A stretch of 64,000 bases of DNA from Phaeosaccion multiseriatum (Eukaryota; Protista; Ochrophyta, other classes), in assembly GCA_965112735.1 (NCBI GenBank), contig OZ218958.1, forward strand, positions 3,534,001 through 3,598,000, read 5' to 3'. Below are positions 1-12,880 of the stretch, one piece after another. A program made the position numbers and the translations under genes. Position 1 is the first letter of the stretch, and each line of letters starts with the position of its first letter. The notes under the pieces are model-generated. The model searched no databases. It saw only the letters and a list, made by a program, of their open reading frames with translations, and was not told the origin of the DNA.

Positions 1-324
1 CGGCGCATCTTGCGCTTGGCTTGCTCTCCGCACTTGGCCACGGAAGCCTTCGAAGTGACCACGGAAGCCTTCGAAGTGACCACGAGGTCCACATGTCCAG
101 ATGGAGGTTCCGCACTTACAGACTATTCTATTTACGCAAAAGAGACTTGATTATTTAACCCTCCGAAGCAAGGCAGGGCAACAGGGGAGCAGTGACTAAG
201 GCAACAGGGAAGCACTGACTAGTCTTCAGAGGGTAACCATCGTTATGTTATGTACATGTATAAATATAGCAATCATCTTGAGCCATTCACTCTTCCTCGA
301 AGTCAAGAAGAGCTAGGGCCTCCG

Positions 325-923
325 TCAGCTTGCCCCTCTTGATGAGAAACATGCCCAGCTTGTTGGACGTGTCGAGCCTGTCCTGTCCTGTCCAGGTGAC
401 TCGGAGGAAGCGACTCCTCCCATATCGCCATGACCGTTACGGAAGAGCCCCTCGGCGTCCTCCAGCCTGCTCTGGGCCAGGAACTGTGTGCCGAGGTCGT
501 CGTAGGAGCGGGCCAACTCTGGGTCATTCACACGCAGCACCCGCTCGTGAATCGCCATCACCTCGCGGAGGAGCCGCTCCGCCTCCCTCCTTCTGCCCCT
601 CCGTTCAAGAAGACGGCCAAGGTTGCTCTACGAGGTGGCCAGGCAGCGTCTCGTGCGTGGGAGGGAGGATGTCCTCGTAAATCGCCGTCGACTTACGGGA
701 GAGCACCTGCCTCCGCCTCCTTCAGCTTGCCCAGGAGCACGAGAAGCGCCCCGAGGTTGCTGTAAGACCACACCAGGTACGAACCGTCCGGAGGCTGAAC
801 CTCCCAAATGGCCAACGCCTTGCGGTAGAGAGCCCCGCCTCCTCCAGCTTGCCCCGGTCTTGGCTGGAAAAATAGGCCTAAATCTTCGTACGACGCAGCT
901 TTGGAAAGTTCTTCCGTCAGCAT
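325..923 (-). pseudogene. Degenerate TPR (kinesin-light-chain/TPR_12-like) repeat fragments
   Basis: Pieces in different frames read LYRKALAIWE..SYSNLGALLVLLGKLKEAEA and MAIHERVL..DPELARSYDDLGTQFLAQSRLEDAEGLFR, which are TPR_12-like; frameshifts separate them. Confidence 0.6.
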
Positions 924-1166
924 TTGGTCCTTCCGTGTAGTGTGGAGGAAGTAAACCTGGGGCGTGACTTTAACCTCCCTCTGGACCTTCCTGCCTCTGT
1001 GCGAGCTCTATCGCTGAGCTATCAATACTCCGACCCTTTGCTTGGAGAGCCTTCCTGCTGGCCTAACCGTACGGCGTCGTCATCTCTATCCTACATACTG
1101 GAAACTGCTGATAAATGGAGAAGTGCTCCACCCTGCCGCTCTTTCCCGCCCCTCGCATTCACTGGC

Positions 1167-1682
1167 CTATCGCTCCTCCACCTCTCTCTCGCCCCTCCCC
1201 CTCCTGGAGGGTGCGATGAGCTGCTGACAGAGGCCCAGAATGTCCTCATTGAGCCGCAGCTGAGACGCCTCCATCCTGCTCACCTCCATCCTGCTCACGG
1301 CAGGAAGGGCCTTCCCTCCCTCCTCCCCCGTCTCCATCTCCTCTGCTTTGGCCGCCGCCCTGGCTAGCGCCACCCTCCGCTGTAGCTTATCCACAACAGG
1401 GTCCCTCTGCACCGCCCCCACCGCCAGGCTCCGCCACACTTCCCTCGCGTACTCTGCAGCCCGCCCTGCCTCCCCCTCCTCCCCCTCCCTCCCGTGCGCC
1501 CCTCGCAGCCTGTCCCTCCAGTGCGTGAGCGTGTGGAGTTGCTTCTCCTTGATCCTGCTGGCCTTGGTGAGGTGCTCTGCATACTCATCCAGTACCTTCG
1601 CCCTTCTCTCGGCCTCTGCCTGCTCGAAGCGAGAGGAAAGCGTCACTGCCACTGCTGCTGCCCCTTTCGCGCGTCTGCTGCG

Positions 1683-1726
<44 letters not shown>

Positions 1727-2562
1727 CCTCACTCGTCCCGCTGGCCCACAATGCTCCCTCATCCCCCTCGTCACTCTCATCCTCCCTCTGGCTCTGTCCG
1801 CCACCTCTCTGCCTCTGTCTTCTTCTCCCTTCCCTCTGCCTCTGTCTTCCACCTCGTTCCTCATCGTCGCTACGGCTGCTGCTCCTCCAGCGAGAAGATG
1901 CTGCCCCCCCCGGGGCACTGTGTCCTCGTTGCCTACGCTGCCTCCGTATCACCAACTGCTGCTGCTGCGACAACGCGAGGTCCACGAGGAGCGTTCGAGC
2001 TGCGTCGCACTGTCCCGCATTGAGCTTCACGCCCCCCTTCCCTCCCTTCCCTCCCTTCTCCGCCGACAGCAAGCCGAGCGCGAGCAGCAGCTCTCCGATG
2101 ACGGCCTGCCCTTTCCCTTGCACTTGCACTTGCCCCTGCCCCCGTCCTTGCCGTGAAGTGCCTTCCCCTCCCCTTTCCTCGTCCTGCTCGTCTTGGCTGT
2201 CGATGTCCCTGAGCAGCGCCGCCACCGGCCCGAGCACGCTCTGCATCCTTCGCTCCACCCCCCGCAACGCCTCTCCGACCTCAGAGTCGAATCTTCGCCC
2301 CCCCCCCGGGGGATCGCTCGTCACGGCCCACGTCAGAGCCGCCCGCATCGCCGCGTAGAGCGTGAAGACGAGTTTGGCCACGCTGCCCGCCGTCGGACCC
2401 GCAGCTGTCCCCCCGGATGCCTCTTCGTCGCCTGCGAGCAGACGGGCCACTCTCTGACACTCTGTCCTGCTCCAGTGAGTGAGAGAGAGGCCCTTGCGGA
2501 GGAAGGAGAGGACCTCGGATGCGTTCAGAGAGGATGAAGCAGGAGCTGTGAAGTCGGACAAG

Positions 2563-2621
<59 letters not shown>

Positions 2622-5600
2622 CGTGCGTGCCAGCGGGCGGGTGGGACAGGAGACAGGGATGAGTACAGACAGCAGCGATGCGACAGGGAGAGGCAGAGAA
2701 AGAGAGAGAGAAGATGAAGAGACGCCCACGCCTTCCTCCTCTTCCTCCCCAAGTCTTCCTCCTCTTCCTCCCCAAGCCTTCCTCCTCTTCCTCCCCAAGT
2801 CTTCCTCCTCTTCCTCCCCAAGCCTTCCTCCTCTTCCTCCCCAAGTCTTCCTCCTCTTCCTCCCCAAGCCTTCCTCCTCTTCCTCCCCACGCCTTCCTCC
2901 TCTTCCTCCCCAAGCCTTCCTCCTCTTCCTCCCCAAGCCTTCCTCCTCTTCCTCCCCAAGTCTTCCTCCTCTTCCTCCCTCCCACCCGTCTGAGCTCCTC
3001 ACCTGCGTGACTCTCTTGCCTGCCCCCTCCAGCGCTGTCAGCATGTCCCTCAGCAGGGGTAGCAGCTCTCTCAGCTCTCTCTCCAGGGAGCCCGAGGAGG
3101 CGGAAACCGCATCCCCACCCCCGCCCCTGTGATGCTGTATCACCAACTTGCCCTCCACGAGCGCTGCGAACTCCTCCATCCCCACGGCTCCGCTGCGCCT
3201 CTCCCCGGTGGCGGCGGCTGTGATGTGCTGCACAAGCTGCTCGAAGGGCGCCCACCCCAGCGAGAGCCCGAGCAACCGACGCAGGCCCGAGCGCAGCTGA
3301 AGCCGAGACAGAGGCCGCAGAGAGGCCACGCACGCACCCACGCCGGAGGGAGCTGAGCGGTCTGGCGAGGAGCAGAGGGGAGGCACAGCCACAGAGAATA
3401 GGCAGAGAGGAGCAGAGGGGAGGCACAGCCACAGAGAATAGGCAGAGAGGAGCAGAGGGGAGGCACAGCCACAGAGAATAGGCAGAGAGGAGCAGAGGGG
3501 AGGCACAGCCACAGAGGATAGGCAGAGAGGAGCAGAGGGGAGGCACAGCCACAGAGAATAGGCAGAGAGGAGTGAGGTGGGGAGGTGAAGAGGCAGGGAG
3601 GCGGAGGTGTGTGTGAGGAAGTTAACTAACATCATTTCTGACTAACTCCTTGCCTGCCTCTCTCATGCATGCACACCCGCGTGACTTTGCCGAAGCTGCG
3701 AGGCTGTCAGAGCTCAATATAAGAAAGTACAACCACTCACTCTCCCCACCCCCTTATTCACTCACTCCCTCCCTCCCTCACCCCCTCGCTCACTCCCTCT
3801 GTATCACCAACTTGTCCCCCACCTGAAGACGCCTCTCGCGGCATGGCGGCGAACACGAGCGCTGCGAATGTACGCACGGGTCGGGCACGCACGGCTCCGA
3901 GCCTGTACTCGTGCTTGCGTCTGTGGCTCTCCCCTGTCGCTCCTCGCCCCCCCCGCCTCCCCGCCCCCCTCCCCTCCTCATCCTCATCCTCATCCTCATC
4001 CTCATCCTCCGCGTCCTCCTCCTCATCCTCCTCCTCCTCCTCCTCTCCCTCACCCCTTGTCTCGTCGTCGTCCTCGAGCCACCCCAGTATCTCCATATCC
4101 CCCCTCTGTGCCCCCCCCCCCCCCACCTTACGGGACTGCATCTCCTGCTCAAACCCCTGATTAGCCCTCTCCCACCCCAGCGCCTGCTTGGCCGCACGCA
4201 GCAGTGGTGACACGTGTCCGCCTGTGCCTGCATCACCACGTGATCTACCTGTTGTGCGTGTATTGCCAACTGCTCTGCCTGGGGCACTGCCTCCCTCCTC
4301 CCAATCCTCGTCCACCTCGTCCAGCACCTTGGCAAAGTCGAGCTTGCTTCCCTCGGGCACTACCATATTCCCTTCGTATCGGGTGGAGGGTGTCCAGCCT
4401 TGCTCCTTAGCGAAGGCCGCGAGAAGCCTCCTGAGCTCCTGTGCCATCCGCCTCCCAAGCTCCACCGTGGCCCGACGCACGCGCTCTTCGCACTCTCGAA
4501 GCGTGTGGGTGGATGGCACCCATTGGCTCTCCAGGGGGGCGAAGGTCCGGAGCAGCTGAGCCTCGCTCTCCTGGGCTCTCTCGTGGCGGGCCTTGGAGCT
4601 GAACAAAGCGCCAAAGTCCGCCGACGAGGGAAGCCTCAAGGGAAGGGTCAGAGCCGTCAGAGCCGGGGCTGCACCGGAAGGTACTGAGGGAGGTCGATGC
4701 GGGTGATGGGGGAAAGACACGTCCCGCGTGGTGAAGGCTCTGACCCTCTCAAGCCGGAGCTTCTCTGCGTACCCCCCGGGGTCTGCGTACTCCTTCGGGC
4801 TCCTCCCCCATTCCCCTTCCTCCACAGAGCTCTGCCGCCGCCGGAGTGTCCGTCTTCGCTCTCCCTGCCCCTTCGCCCCCGTCCATCTGCTCGCGCCTTC
4901 TCTGTCCCTGTTTGCGTGTGTGTCGCCTCCTCCGGCAGTGTGAGTACCAGTGCTCGGGGCAGTCTCAATTTCAGTCTCTGGTCCGTCGTGACGGTGCCTC
5001 TGCCGCTTGACCCTCTGACGAGAGGCCCTCCGCCGCTGCTGCTCTTGCTCCGATCCATCCGACAGTAGCTCATGATGCTCTCGCTGCTCCTCGTCCTCCT
5101 CCTCGTGCGGCTGCTGGTTCGGGTGCCCCCCCTGGGCAGATGCCTCCCGATGGTGCGTCTGTACCACCAACTGCTGCTGCTTCTTCTCGGCCTGAGCCAC
5201 CTCTTTGCCGTGCTGCAGGGCCTCGTCAAGCAGCTGCGGCTTGCGCGACGTGGCGCGAAGAGGGCTGCCCCGCTCCTGCCTCTGCTCCTGTATCACCAAC
5301 TCCTGTCCCTGCCCCTGCTCGGTGCGAGGCTCAGGCATGGCTTGGGGGAAGAGCTCCTGCAAGTCACTCTTGAGAGGAGTCAGAGGGCCGCTCCACAGCT
5401 GAGGCCAGACAGAGGTACATGGGGAGGAGAGGTGGAGGCACAGGGGGCGGAGGAGGGGGGGAGGAGGAGCGGGGACGGAAGAGGAGGAGTGTGGAGACGG
5501 AGCAAGGGAAGAGACATTACATGCACAGCAGAGAGGCCGGGACGCGACGCGCGAGAGAACCTTCATCGCTGGTGAGAAGCGACTGACAACTGACGCCTAC

Positions 5601-6941
5601 CATGACGTCTGACGACTGCCTCGTTCTCCGTCTGACTCTCTTCCTCTCTTCCTCTCTGCCTCTCTGCCTCTCTTTCTCTCTACTTGTACCATCACACCCA
5701 CCTTGGGCACCCTGCTCGGCACCAGCGCTCCCTCAGCCGGTGGTGGAGCGAGGCTGCTCGGATCTTCTCCTCGGGGCCTTAGGGGGCTGCTCGCCGCTTT
5801 GCCCTCCTCCTTGCCCACCCCCTTGCTTTCTTCCCCTCTTGTGCTTGTGGGCCCATTGCCATCATCATTCTCTTCCCCTCTTGTGGGCCCATTGCCATCA
5901 TCATTCTCTTCCCCTCTTGTGCTTGTGGGCCCATTGCCATCATCATTCTCTTCCCCTCTTGTGGGCCCATTGCCATCATCATTCTCTTCCCCTCTTGTGC
6001 TTGTGGGCCCATTGCCATCATCATTCTCTTCCCCTCTTGTGGGCCCATTGCCATCATCATTCTCTTCCCCTCTTGTGCTTGTGGGCCCATTGCCATCATC
6101 ATTCTCTTCCCCTCTTGTGCTTGTGGGCCCATTGCCATCATCATTCTCTTCCCCTCTTGTGGGCCCATTGCCATCATCATTCTCTTCCCCTCTTGTGCTT
6201 GTGGGCCCATTGCCATCATCATTCTCTTCCCCTCTTGTGGGCCCATTGCCATCATCATTCTCTTCCCCTCTTGTGCTTGTGGGCCCATTGCCATCATCAT
6301 TCTCTTCCCCTCTTGTGCTTGTGGGCCCATTGCCATCATCATTCTCTTCCCCTCTTGTGGGCCCATTGCCATCATCATTCTCTTCCCCTCTTGTGCTTGT
6401 GGGCCCATTGCCATCATCATTCTCTTCCCCTCTTGTGGGCCCATTGCCATCATCATTCTCTTCCCCTCTTGTGCTTGTGGGCCCATTGCCATCATCATTC
6501 TTCTCCCTCGTCGTTTCTTCCCCTCTTGTGGGCCCATTGCCATCATCATTCTTCTCCCTCGTCGCTTCTGTCGGCCCTCTGTCGACGCTCTCCCTAACGG
6601 CTTCTCTCGGCTCTCTTTCGTGACCTTCTTTCCTCTTCGAGGCGCCGCTAGCGGAGAGTTGTCCGGGTTGGTGTTGTTGTTGGTGTTGGTGTTGGCGAGG
6701 AGCAGGAGGCCTTACCGTCACTGCTGCTCCTCCTCCTCCTCCTCCTCCTCCTCCTCTTGCTCCCCCCCCTGCCTCCCCTCCCTCCCAGTTTTGTCTTTCC
6801 TCTTCCAGTCCTGTACTTTTCACCCCCTGCAGCTCCTCACTTACTCCTACACTGCCGCTGCCGCTCCACTTCTCCTCCTCCTCGTGCTCCTCCTGCTGCT
6901 CCTCCCGCTGCTCCTCCTCGTGCTCCTCCTCCTTCTGCTGC

Positions 6942-6976
<35 letters not shown>

Positions 6977-9900
6977 CTGCTCCTGCTCCTGCTCCTGCTG
7001 CTCCTGCTCCTCCGGCTCCTCCTCCTCCCCCTCCTCCTCCTGCTGCTCCTCCTCCTCCTCCTCGTGCTCCTCCTCCTGCTGCTGCTCCTGCTTCTGTTCC
7101 TCTTCGGGCCATGTGGGGCTCTCGAGCTGTTTCGTCCCTCTCCCTCGCTCCTCCTCCCCATGCCTCTCTCCACCTCTCTCTCCAGCTCTCTCTCCACCTC
7201 TCTCTCCACCCCTCTCTCCACCCCTCTCTTCGCCCCTCCCCACGCGCCTTCCCCCGTCTCTCTCCTTTTGGCTGTGAGGAGGGGGGTGCTTTAGAGCCAA
7301 GGCCTTCAGCGCGTGTGTGAGGGCCTGCCTGCCTCCCTCCTCGAGGGGCACGGCGTCGTGAAGCAGCTCCTGCAGCCCCCTGCACCCTCCCCCCTCTTGC
7401 CCCTCTTGCCCCTCTTGCCTGGCCAAACTCAGCAGAGTCAGCCCGTCCATGCCGCTCCTCACCAGCGGACGTACAATCCCGTGCAGGAGGCGCTCTCTTT
7501 CTTCTCTCTCTCCGTACCCCTTCGCTCCTCTCCCTTCTGCTCCTCCCTCTCGCGCTCGGTCCTCTTGCGGCTTGAGGACGTCGGCAACCCACGCGATCAC
7601 TTGCACGTTCGTCCACTCCAACGGCCCCTCCCCCCGCCCCTCCCTTCCCCTCCCCCTCCCCCTCCCCGCTCTCGGAGGCAAGAAGCCCCCACTCTCAGCT
7701 CTGTCAGCTCTCTCCCGTTTCAGAGCGTGTCGGACGGCGTGGTCGAGGTGCAGTTGTAGCTTTAGGGCATGCAGAGGGGCCGACGCAGGCACATCAAGTA
7801 GGTCGGACAGCTCAGCCGACGAGAGAGAGAGGACCACCGAGCCGTCCACCCCGTGCTCATCGGCAGCCGCACAGTACTGGCCCAGCCCCAGCCCCCTTAG
7901 CCACTCCTGCACCGCTTCGCAGTCCCAGCAGGAGGGGAAGGGCAAGGCTATCGGCTCATGATCATCATCGACCCCTGTCTGGCCCTCCTCCTCCTCGTCC
8001 TCCTCCTCCTCCTCCTCCTCCTCCTCCTCTTCTTCTTCCTCCTCCTCGTCCTCCCACACTTGCTCTTGTTCTTGCCTCTCTTTCTTCTGATGCTTCTCTT
8101 GTATCTCTTGGGTCTGATGCTTCTGTTTCATCTGTTTCGTCTGTTTCATCTGCTGCATCTGCTGCATCGGTTGTCGTTGTCGGACGGAGCCTCTCCTCGG
8201 CCCACCGGTAAGCCTCCTCTCCACCGGCGGAGGCCTCCGTAGCTTTGCTGTGTTGAGCTTCGCCTTCTCCTTCCTCTCGAGCGACTCTGCCGACGCCGCC
8301 CAGCGCCTGGCCTCAGCCCCTCCCGTCCTCAGTGCCAATTCGATGTCCTCCTTGTGCCTCCTCAGCCGAGTTGGTGATACGATACCAGCAGGAGCGCCGC
8401 CAGGCACCCCTCGGAAGGTGAAGGTGAGAGGGCCTCCCTCCTTGGGAGCGTCGCACGCGTGGAGAAGCTCCCCCGGGGTGAGAATATCCTCGAGGCGCTG
8501 GCTCCGCTCGGCTTCTGAGCCGCACGGGAGAGCCGTGTAGCTGCCCCCCCCCCCCCTGCCCCCCCTTGCGAGGACGAAGCCCCTCGCCTCTGTCCCCAGG
8601 CATGCCTGTTCTCCCCTCATGGCCCCTCTGCTGAGTGCACCTCTGCTGAGGTGCCAGAACATGTTCCTCTCCACCGCCTGACGTACCTCCCCAAGGGTGG
8701 AGCGAGGCCGGAGCTGGGACAGCTTCAAAGGGCCGAAGGGCGTCATGACGCTGAGGGGGAAGCGCTTGGGCCGGAGAAACGCCGCAAACTCCTCCAAGTC
8801 GATCTCCCCATCCCGTGCATCTGCCTCTTGCAATGCTCCTTTCCCAGTTCCTGCCTCTGCTCCTGCTCCTGCTCCTCCGGTGTCGAAGCGCGAGACGAAG
8901 GCCCTGACGACCGAAGGCGCCACTCTCACGCCCGTGCGCCCCTCCACAGCGGTTCTGAACTCCTCTGCCGAGAGCTTCCCGGAGCCGTCCGTGTCCATGC
9001 TCCGGAAGAGGCTGGAGACGCATCCGTTGCCGAGCCTCAGGAGTAAGCGCAGTACGCCCTCCACGCTGCCACCGCCATCACCACCATCACCCCCATCACC
9101 CCCGTCACCTTTCAAGAGGGCCTCCAAGGCTGTCTTTCGCACGGAGAGGGGCCTGTCATCTCGTCTCCGCTTCTCTTCCATCGGGATCAGTCCTCTCAAT
9201 GCCTCGTCGCCGCCCCCTGCTCCTTCTCCTCCCCCAGTACTCATGCGGCGGACGATGGCTCGGAGCCGCTCCCTCCCCCTCCCGGGGGGCCGCCCCTCCC
9301 CCTCCAGCCCCCTCAGACCGAGGCTCTGCAAGCAGCGCAGCAGCGTGTCGAAGGGCACAACCTCACAGTTGGAGCCGAAGAGGGAGTCCAAGAAGGGCTG
9401 AGCCTCGGTCTCGTCCCTGAGCGCTTGCCTGAACTCCATCTGCAGCAGGTCCACCTCCGCCTCCTCCGCCGCGGCCAACGCCTCCATTGCGCCCAGCGAC
9501 AGCAGCGTGCCCTTGCAGATAGCTTGCTCGCCCCTGCCACTGCCGTCCCCATGGCCCTGTGCAAGGCTTTTGAGCAGTACCCTCGCCTCGTCCTCGGCCT
9601 CTAAGTCAAGGAAGTCCGTCTCATGCCGGCGCAGGGCGTGTTGGAGGCGGGTCCAGGCCGGGCTCAGGCGCAGGCACAGAGCCGCCGCGGTCACGTCACA
9701 CACGCACAGCGCATCCTGCAGAGAGCAAGCAGGGATACTACTGCTGCTGCTGCTGGCGTCTGGAGCGGGTGAGGAGGGTGCTGAAGGTTCGTCATCCTCC
9801 TCCCTCCCCTCCTCCATGTTGCTGCGAATATTGCGAACCTCTTCAGAGAGACTAAGGCCGCGCCCGACGAGATGGCACATCCACTGCTGCAGAATGGACT

Positions 9901-10375
9901 CAACCTCCTCCACTAAGGCCTTGCCTCTCTTCTTGCTGGCCCATGCCATGGAGTAAGCTCCTTCCGTCTCAGCCCCCTTCTGTGTCGCTGTTGCTGTGTC
10001 GTCCTGCCCTTCCTCCTGCCCATCGCCCGCCGGGCCGTCGGAGGTTATAGCCTCCTCCCCATCCCCCTCTTCGCTTGACAGGATGGGCCCGGAGCCGGTC
10101 TCCTGCGGAAGCTCGACCGTATTGACTTCTTGTCTCGAGTCTTGCCAAGCATCAAGTGCATCTGAAGCCGTGCCCCCCTCATCAATAAGACCGAGCGGCG
10201 CCGCCTCTTTGTCCCCATGATATCTGTTTTCTCCCCCTCCTCCTTCTTCCCCTCGCTTTCCTCCTCCTCTTTCTCCTCCTCCTTCAGTCAGCTTTTCACT
10301 CCCTTTGCCCGTCAGCCTGACGGTTCCCTTCGGCAGAAGTCGGCCAGACCTCTTGGCCTTCTTTCGCCTGCCCAT
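1167..10375 (-). CDS. Large multi-exon protein with an EF-hand pair, two SAM-like domains, acidic/low-complexity tracts and a coding tandem repeat
   Basis: EF-hands FRSMDTDGSGKLSAEEF and DARDGEIDLEEFAAFL; SAM-like WDCEAVQEWLRGLGLGQY..GVDGSVVLSL and EWTNVQVIAWV..GMDGLTLLSL. Inferred exons 10375-5702, 5398-3823, 3361-3003, 2564-1167 with GT-AG ends; the 3' end is uncertain. Confidence 0.7.
2728..2980. repeat. Intronic minisatellite (TTCCTCCTCTTCCTCCCCAAG-based units)
   Basis: Directly visible tandem units of about 24 bp inside intron 3002-2565. Confidence 0.85.
3368..3572. repeat. Intronic 40-bp minisatellite, about 5 copies
   Basis: AGGAGCAGAGGGGAGGCACAGCCACAGAGAATAGGCAGAG repeated in tandem. 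Confidence 0.9.
5830..6560 (-). repeat. Coding minisatellite of mixed 36/42-bp units encoding RGEENDDGNGPT(ST)
   Basis: About 18 near-perfect, frame-preserving units within the 1592-aa ORF. Confidence 0.9.
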
Positions 10376-10714
10376 AGGTAGTAGGTGAAGGAAAGAGGCA
10401 GCAGAAGTCCCCTACTATCTCACAAGTATGATAGAGGGGGGAGGCAGACGGGGTGGGGGAAATGGGGGGAAAAGGGGGGCGATGGGGGGCTCATAAACAG
10501 TTACGCCATCTGTAAGAACTGCGGATGAGGAGGCCTCGGAGCGAGCGAGCAGGAGGAGATTTGGAACGAGATAAAATACTTTACTGTAGACAATCTAGAC
10601 AAAGGTACCCGTAAACAACAGTGCAGTGCAGCACGATCAGGGGGGTGGGTAGCAGCACCACCACTAGTAGTAGCAGCAACGGCAAGAGGCTTGGAGAGGA
10701 GGAAGGGCCGCCAT

Positions 10715-12253
10715 ATGCTGCGAGGCAAGAGAGCCCTGGTCATGGGCGTGGCGAACGCCCGCTCCATAGGTTGGAACATCGCCCACCGCTGGCGACAGGA
10801 GGGGGCCGAGGTGTTTGTGACGTACCAGGACGAACGGTGCGTATTCTCTTGGATCTTTGGTCTTCTTCAAATAGCGGCTCCTGTGAGCCTAACCCTAACC
10901 CTGGAAGAGGAAGGCTGGGAGGGGATCTAGGTCCTCGTGTGTGTACTTACCACCAGCCCTTTTCTGCCCCTTCTCTCTTTGTCCCGTCTCTCTGTCCCTC
11001 CCTCCCTCCCTCTCTCTCTCTCTCTCCTCTCTCTTCTCTCTCTCTGTCTTTCTCTCTCTCTCCCCCCCCCCCTCCCTCTCTCAGCTTCCGGAAGAAGGTA
11101 GAAACTCTAGTGCGGGACACATGGGGCCCTTTCCAAACATCCTCCCAGGGAGAGGCCCTGCCCTGCTGCGCTTGTGACGCCACCAAGGACGAGGAGCTTG
11201 AGGCCCTCTTCGCGCTGCTGGACAAGAGGCGCTTCTGCAGCAGGGCTGCGAGACCAAGCGGAAGCAGTGGTATTAGTGATAGTAGTAGTAGTAGTAACAT
11301 CAGCAGTAGTAAGAGCAGTTTAGGTGGCGATGCGGGCCCCCCAGGGCCGCCCAAGCTCGATGCGGTGCTGCACTCCATCGCCTTCGCGCCGAGCGATGCC
11401 ATGAAGGGCGGCTCCCTCATTGACACCACCCGCGAGGCCTTCGTCAGCGCGCACGCCATCAGCGCTTACAGTCTGCTCGCAGTCGCACGCCACGCGAGGC
11501 CCTACTTGAGCAGCAGCTCCAGTATTCAAACGCTGAGCTACATTGGATCCTCAAGAACGGTGCCCAACTACAATATTATGGGCCCAGCCAAGGCCTCGCT
11601 AGAGAGCTGCGCCAAGGGGCTGGCCTACGAGCTGGGCGAAGAGGGGGTGAGCGAGAGGGAGGGAGGGAGGGAGGGAGGGAGGGAGGGAGGGAGGGAGGGA
11701 GGGAGGGAGGGAGGGAGGGAGGGAGGGAGGGAGGGAGGGAGGGGGGAGAGCGGGATGGAGAGAGGGAGGGAGGGAGGGAGGGAGGGGGGAGAGTGGGATG
11801 GAGAGAGGGAGGGAGGGAGGGACAAAAGGGGTGGAGAAAAACGACTGGTTGGGCAGGGATGGCCTCCTCTCGCGCCCTCTCAAAGATGCTCACACTTGTG
11901 CTCGCAACCTCCCCCACGTACGTTTGCTGCTGCTGTATTACCAACTGCTGCTGCTGCTGCTGCTGCCCCTTCCCACCGCACGCCGCTGCCCCCCCTGGGT
12001 GCCCCCCCTGCTCACGTCGTCACGTCAGGTTCGTGTGAATGTGCTCAGCCCTGGTCCCGTCAAGACGCTGGCGGCGAGGGGCATCAAGCACTTCACGGCC
12101 ATGGAGCAGAGTGCGCGTGAGAGGGCCCCCCTGCGGCGCTCTGCAGACATGCTCGAGATCAGCTCCATGGCTACCTTCCTCGCCAGCCCACTCTCCACCG
12201 CCGTCACGGGGCAGGTCATCTACGTGGACGGCGGCTTCAGCAGCATGGCCTGA
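10715..12253 (+). CDS. fabI: Enoyl-ACP reductase, short bacterial-type FabI; 3 exons
   Basis: MLRGKRALVMGVANARSIGWNIA; LDAVLHSIAFAP; ISAYSL; catalytic Y...YNIMGPAKASLE; VRVNVLSPGPVKTLAARGI; VTGQVIYVDGG. Introns about 10837-11084 and 11647-12028. Confidence 0.9.
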
Positions 12254-12575
12254 GGCCTGACACCGGGCACTGGCCCGAGGGCATGGATTCAGGGAGTGCC
12301 TGCCATCCATCCTTTCGGTTGCGGTTGATGGCAGCCCATGGACAGCTTAGCTCCCCATGGATAGTACGGATCGGTGCCGCGGGGCGGAAAGCAGATAGCA
12401 GCGGGGGAAATGATAGGGGACTGAATCAACTTAAGAACTACGCATTTATGTGTGTGTGTGTGTGCAGAGGGAACTTTGCAGAGGGGAAACTTTATTGACT
12501 TAATAGGAATCACCTAAGAGACTGAAAGTGTGAAAGTGTGTGTGTGTGTGGGTGTGTGTGTGTGTGTGTGTGTGT

Positions 12576-12880
12576 AGGTGTCGCTGTGTCTCCGGGGCCC
12601 TCGAGGGGCCGGTTACTCCCCCTCTAGGGCGGGGAGGGGGAGGGCGGGACCGGCTCCGCGGTTGAGCCGACCCAGGAAGGCGCGCTCCCGCTCCGAGAGC
12701 CACATCTGGTGGCTGCAGCTGACGAGGCGGCGAAGTCTTGTCAGGACGTGGCCCTTGGTGGTGGAGGAGCCCGTGCGGCCAGTGCGGGTGACCACGTGCT
12801 CGGCGAGTGCGTGCAGGAGCGATTGCGCCTGTGCGCCGAGTCGGCCGTGGGTCTCGATGGCGAAGGCGAACTTTGCACAA
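12576..12880 (-). mobile_element. Probable 5'-truncated 3' end of a non-LTR retrotransposon (RLE-endonuclease/CRE-like) ending in (CA)n
   Basis: FAFAIETHGRLGAQAQSLLHALA resembles the ETxGxxGxxA C-terminal motif of RLE-clade elements. Stop at 12613, short GC hairpin UTR, then a (CA)n tract at about 12535-12575. Confidence 0.5.

Noticed and set aside
39-82. 21-bp tandem duplication CACGGAAGCCTTCGAAGTGAC
   Set aside because: Only two copies at the window edge, with no context to interpret them
5830-6560. CRISPR-like periodic array
   Set aside because: No unique spacers; it is a frame-preserving coding minisatellite in a eukaryotic gene and no cas genes are present
1348-9956. Many plus-strand ORFs antisense to the large gene
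   Set aside because: Shadow ORFs caused by high GC and low complexity, with no domain motifs
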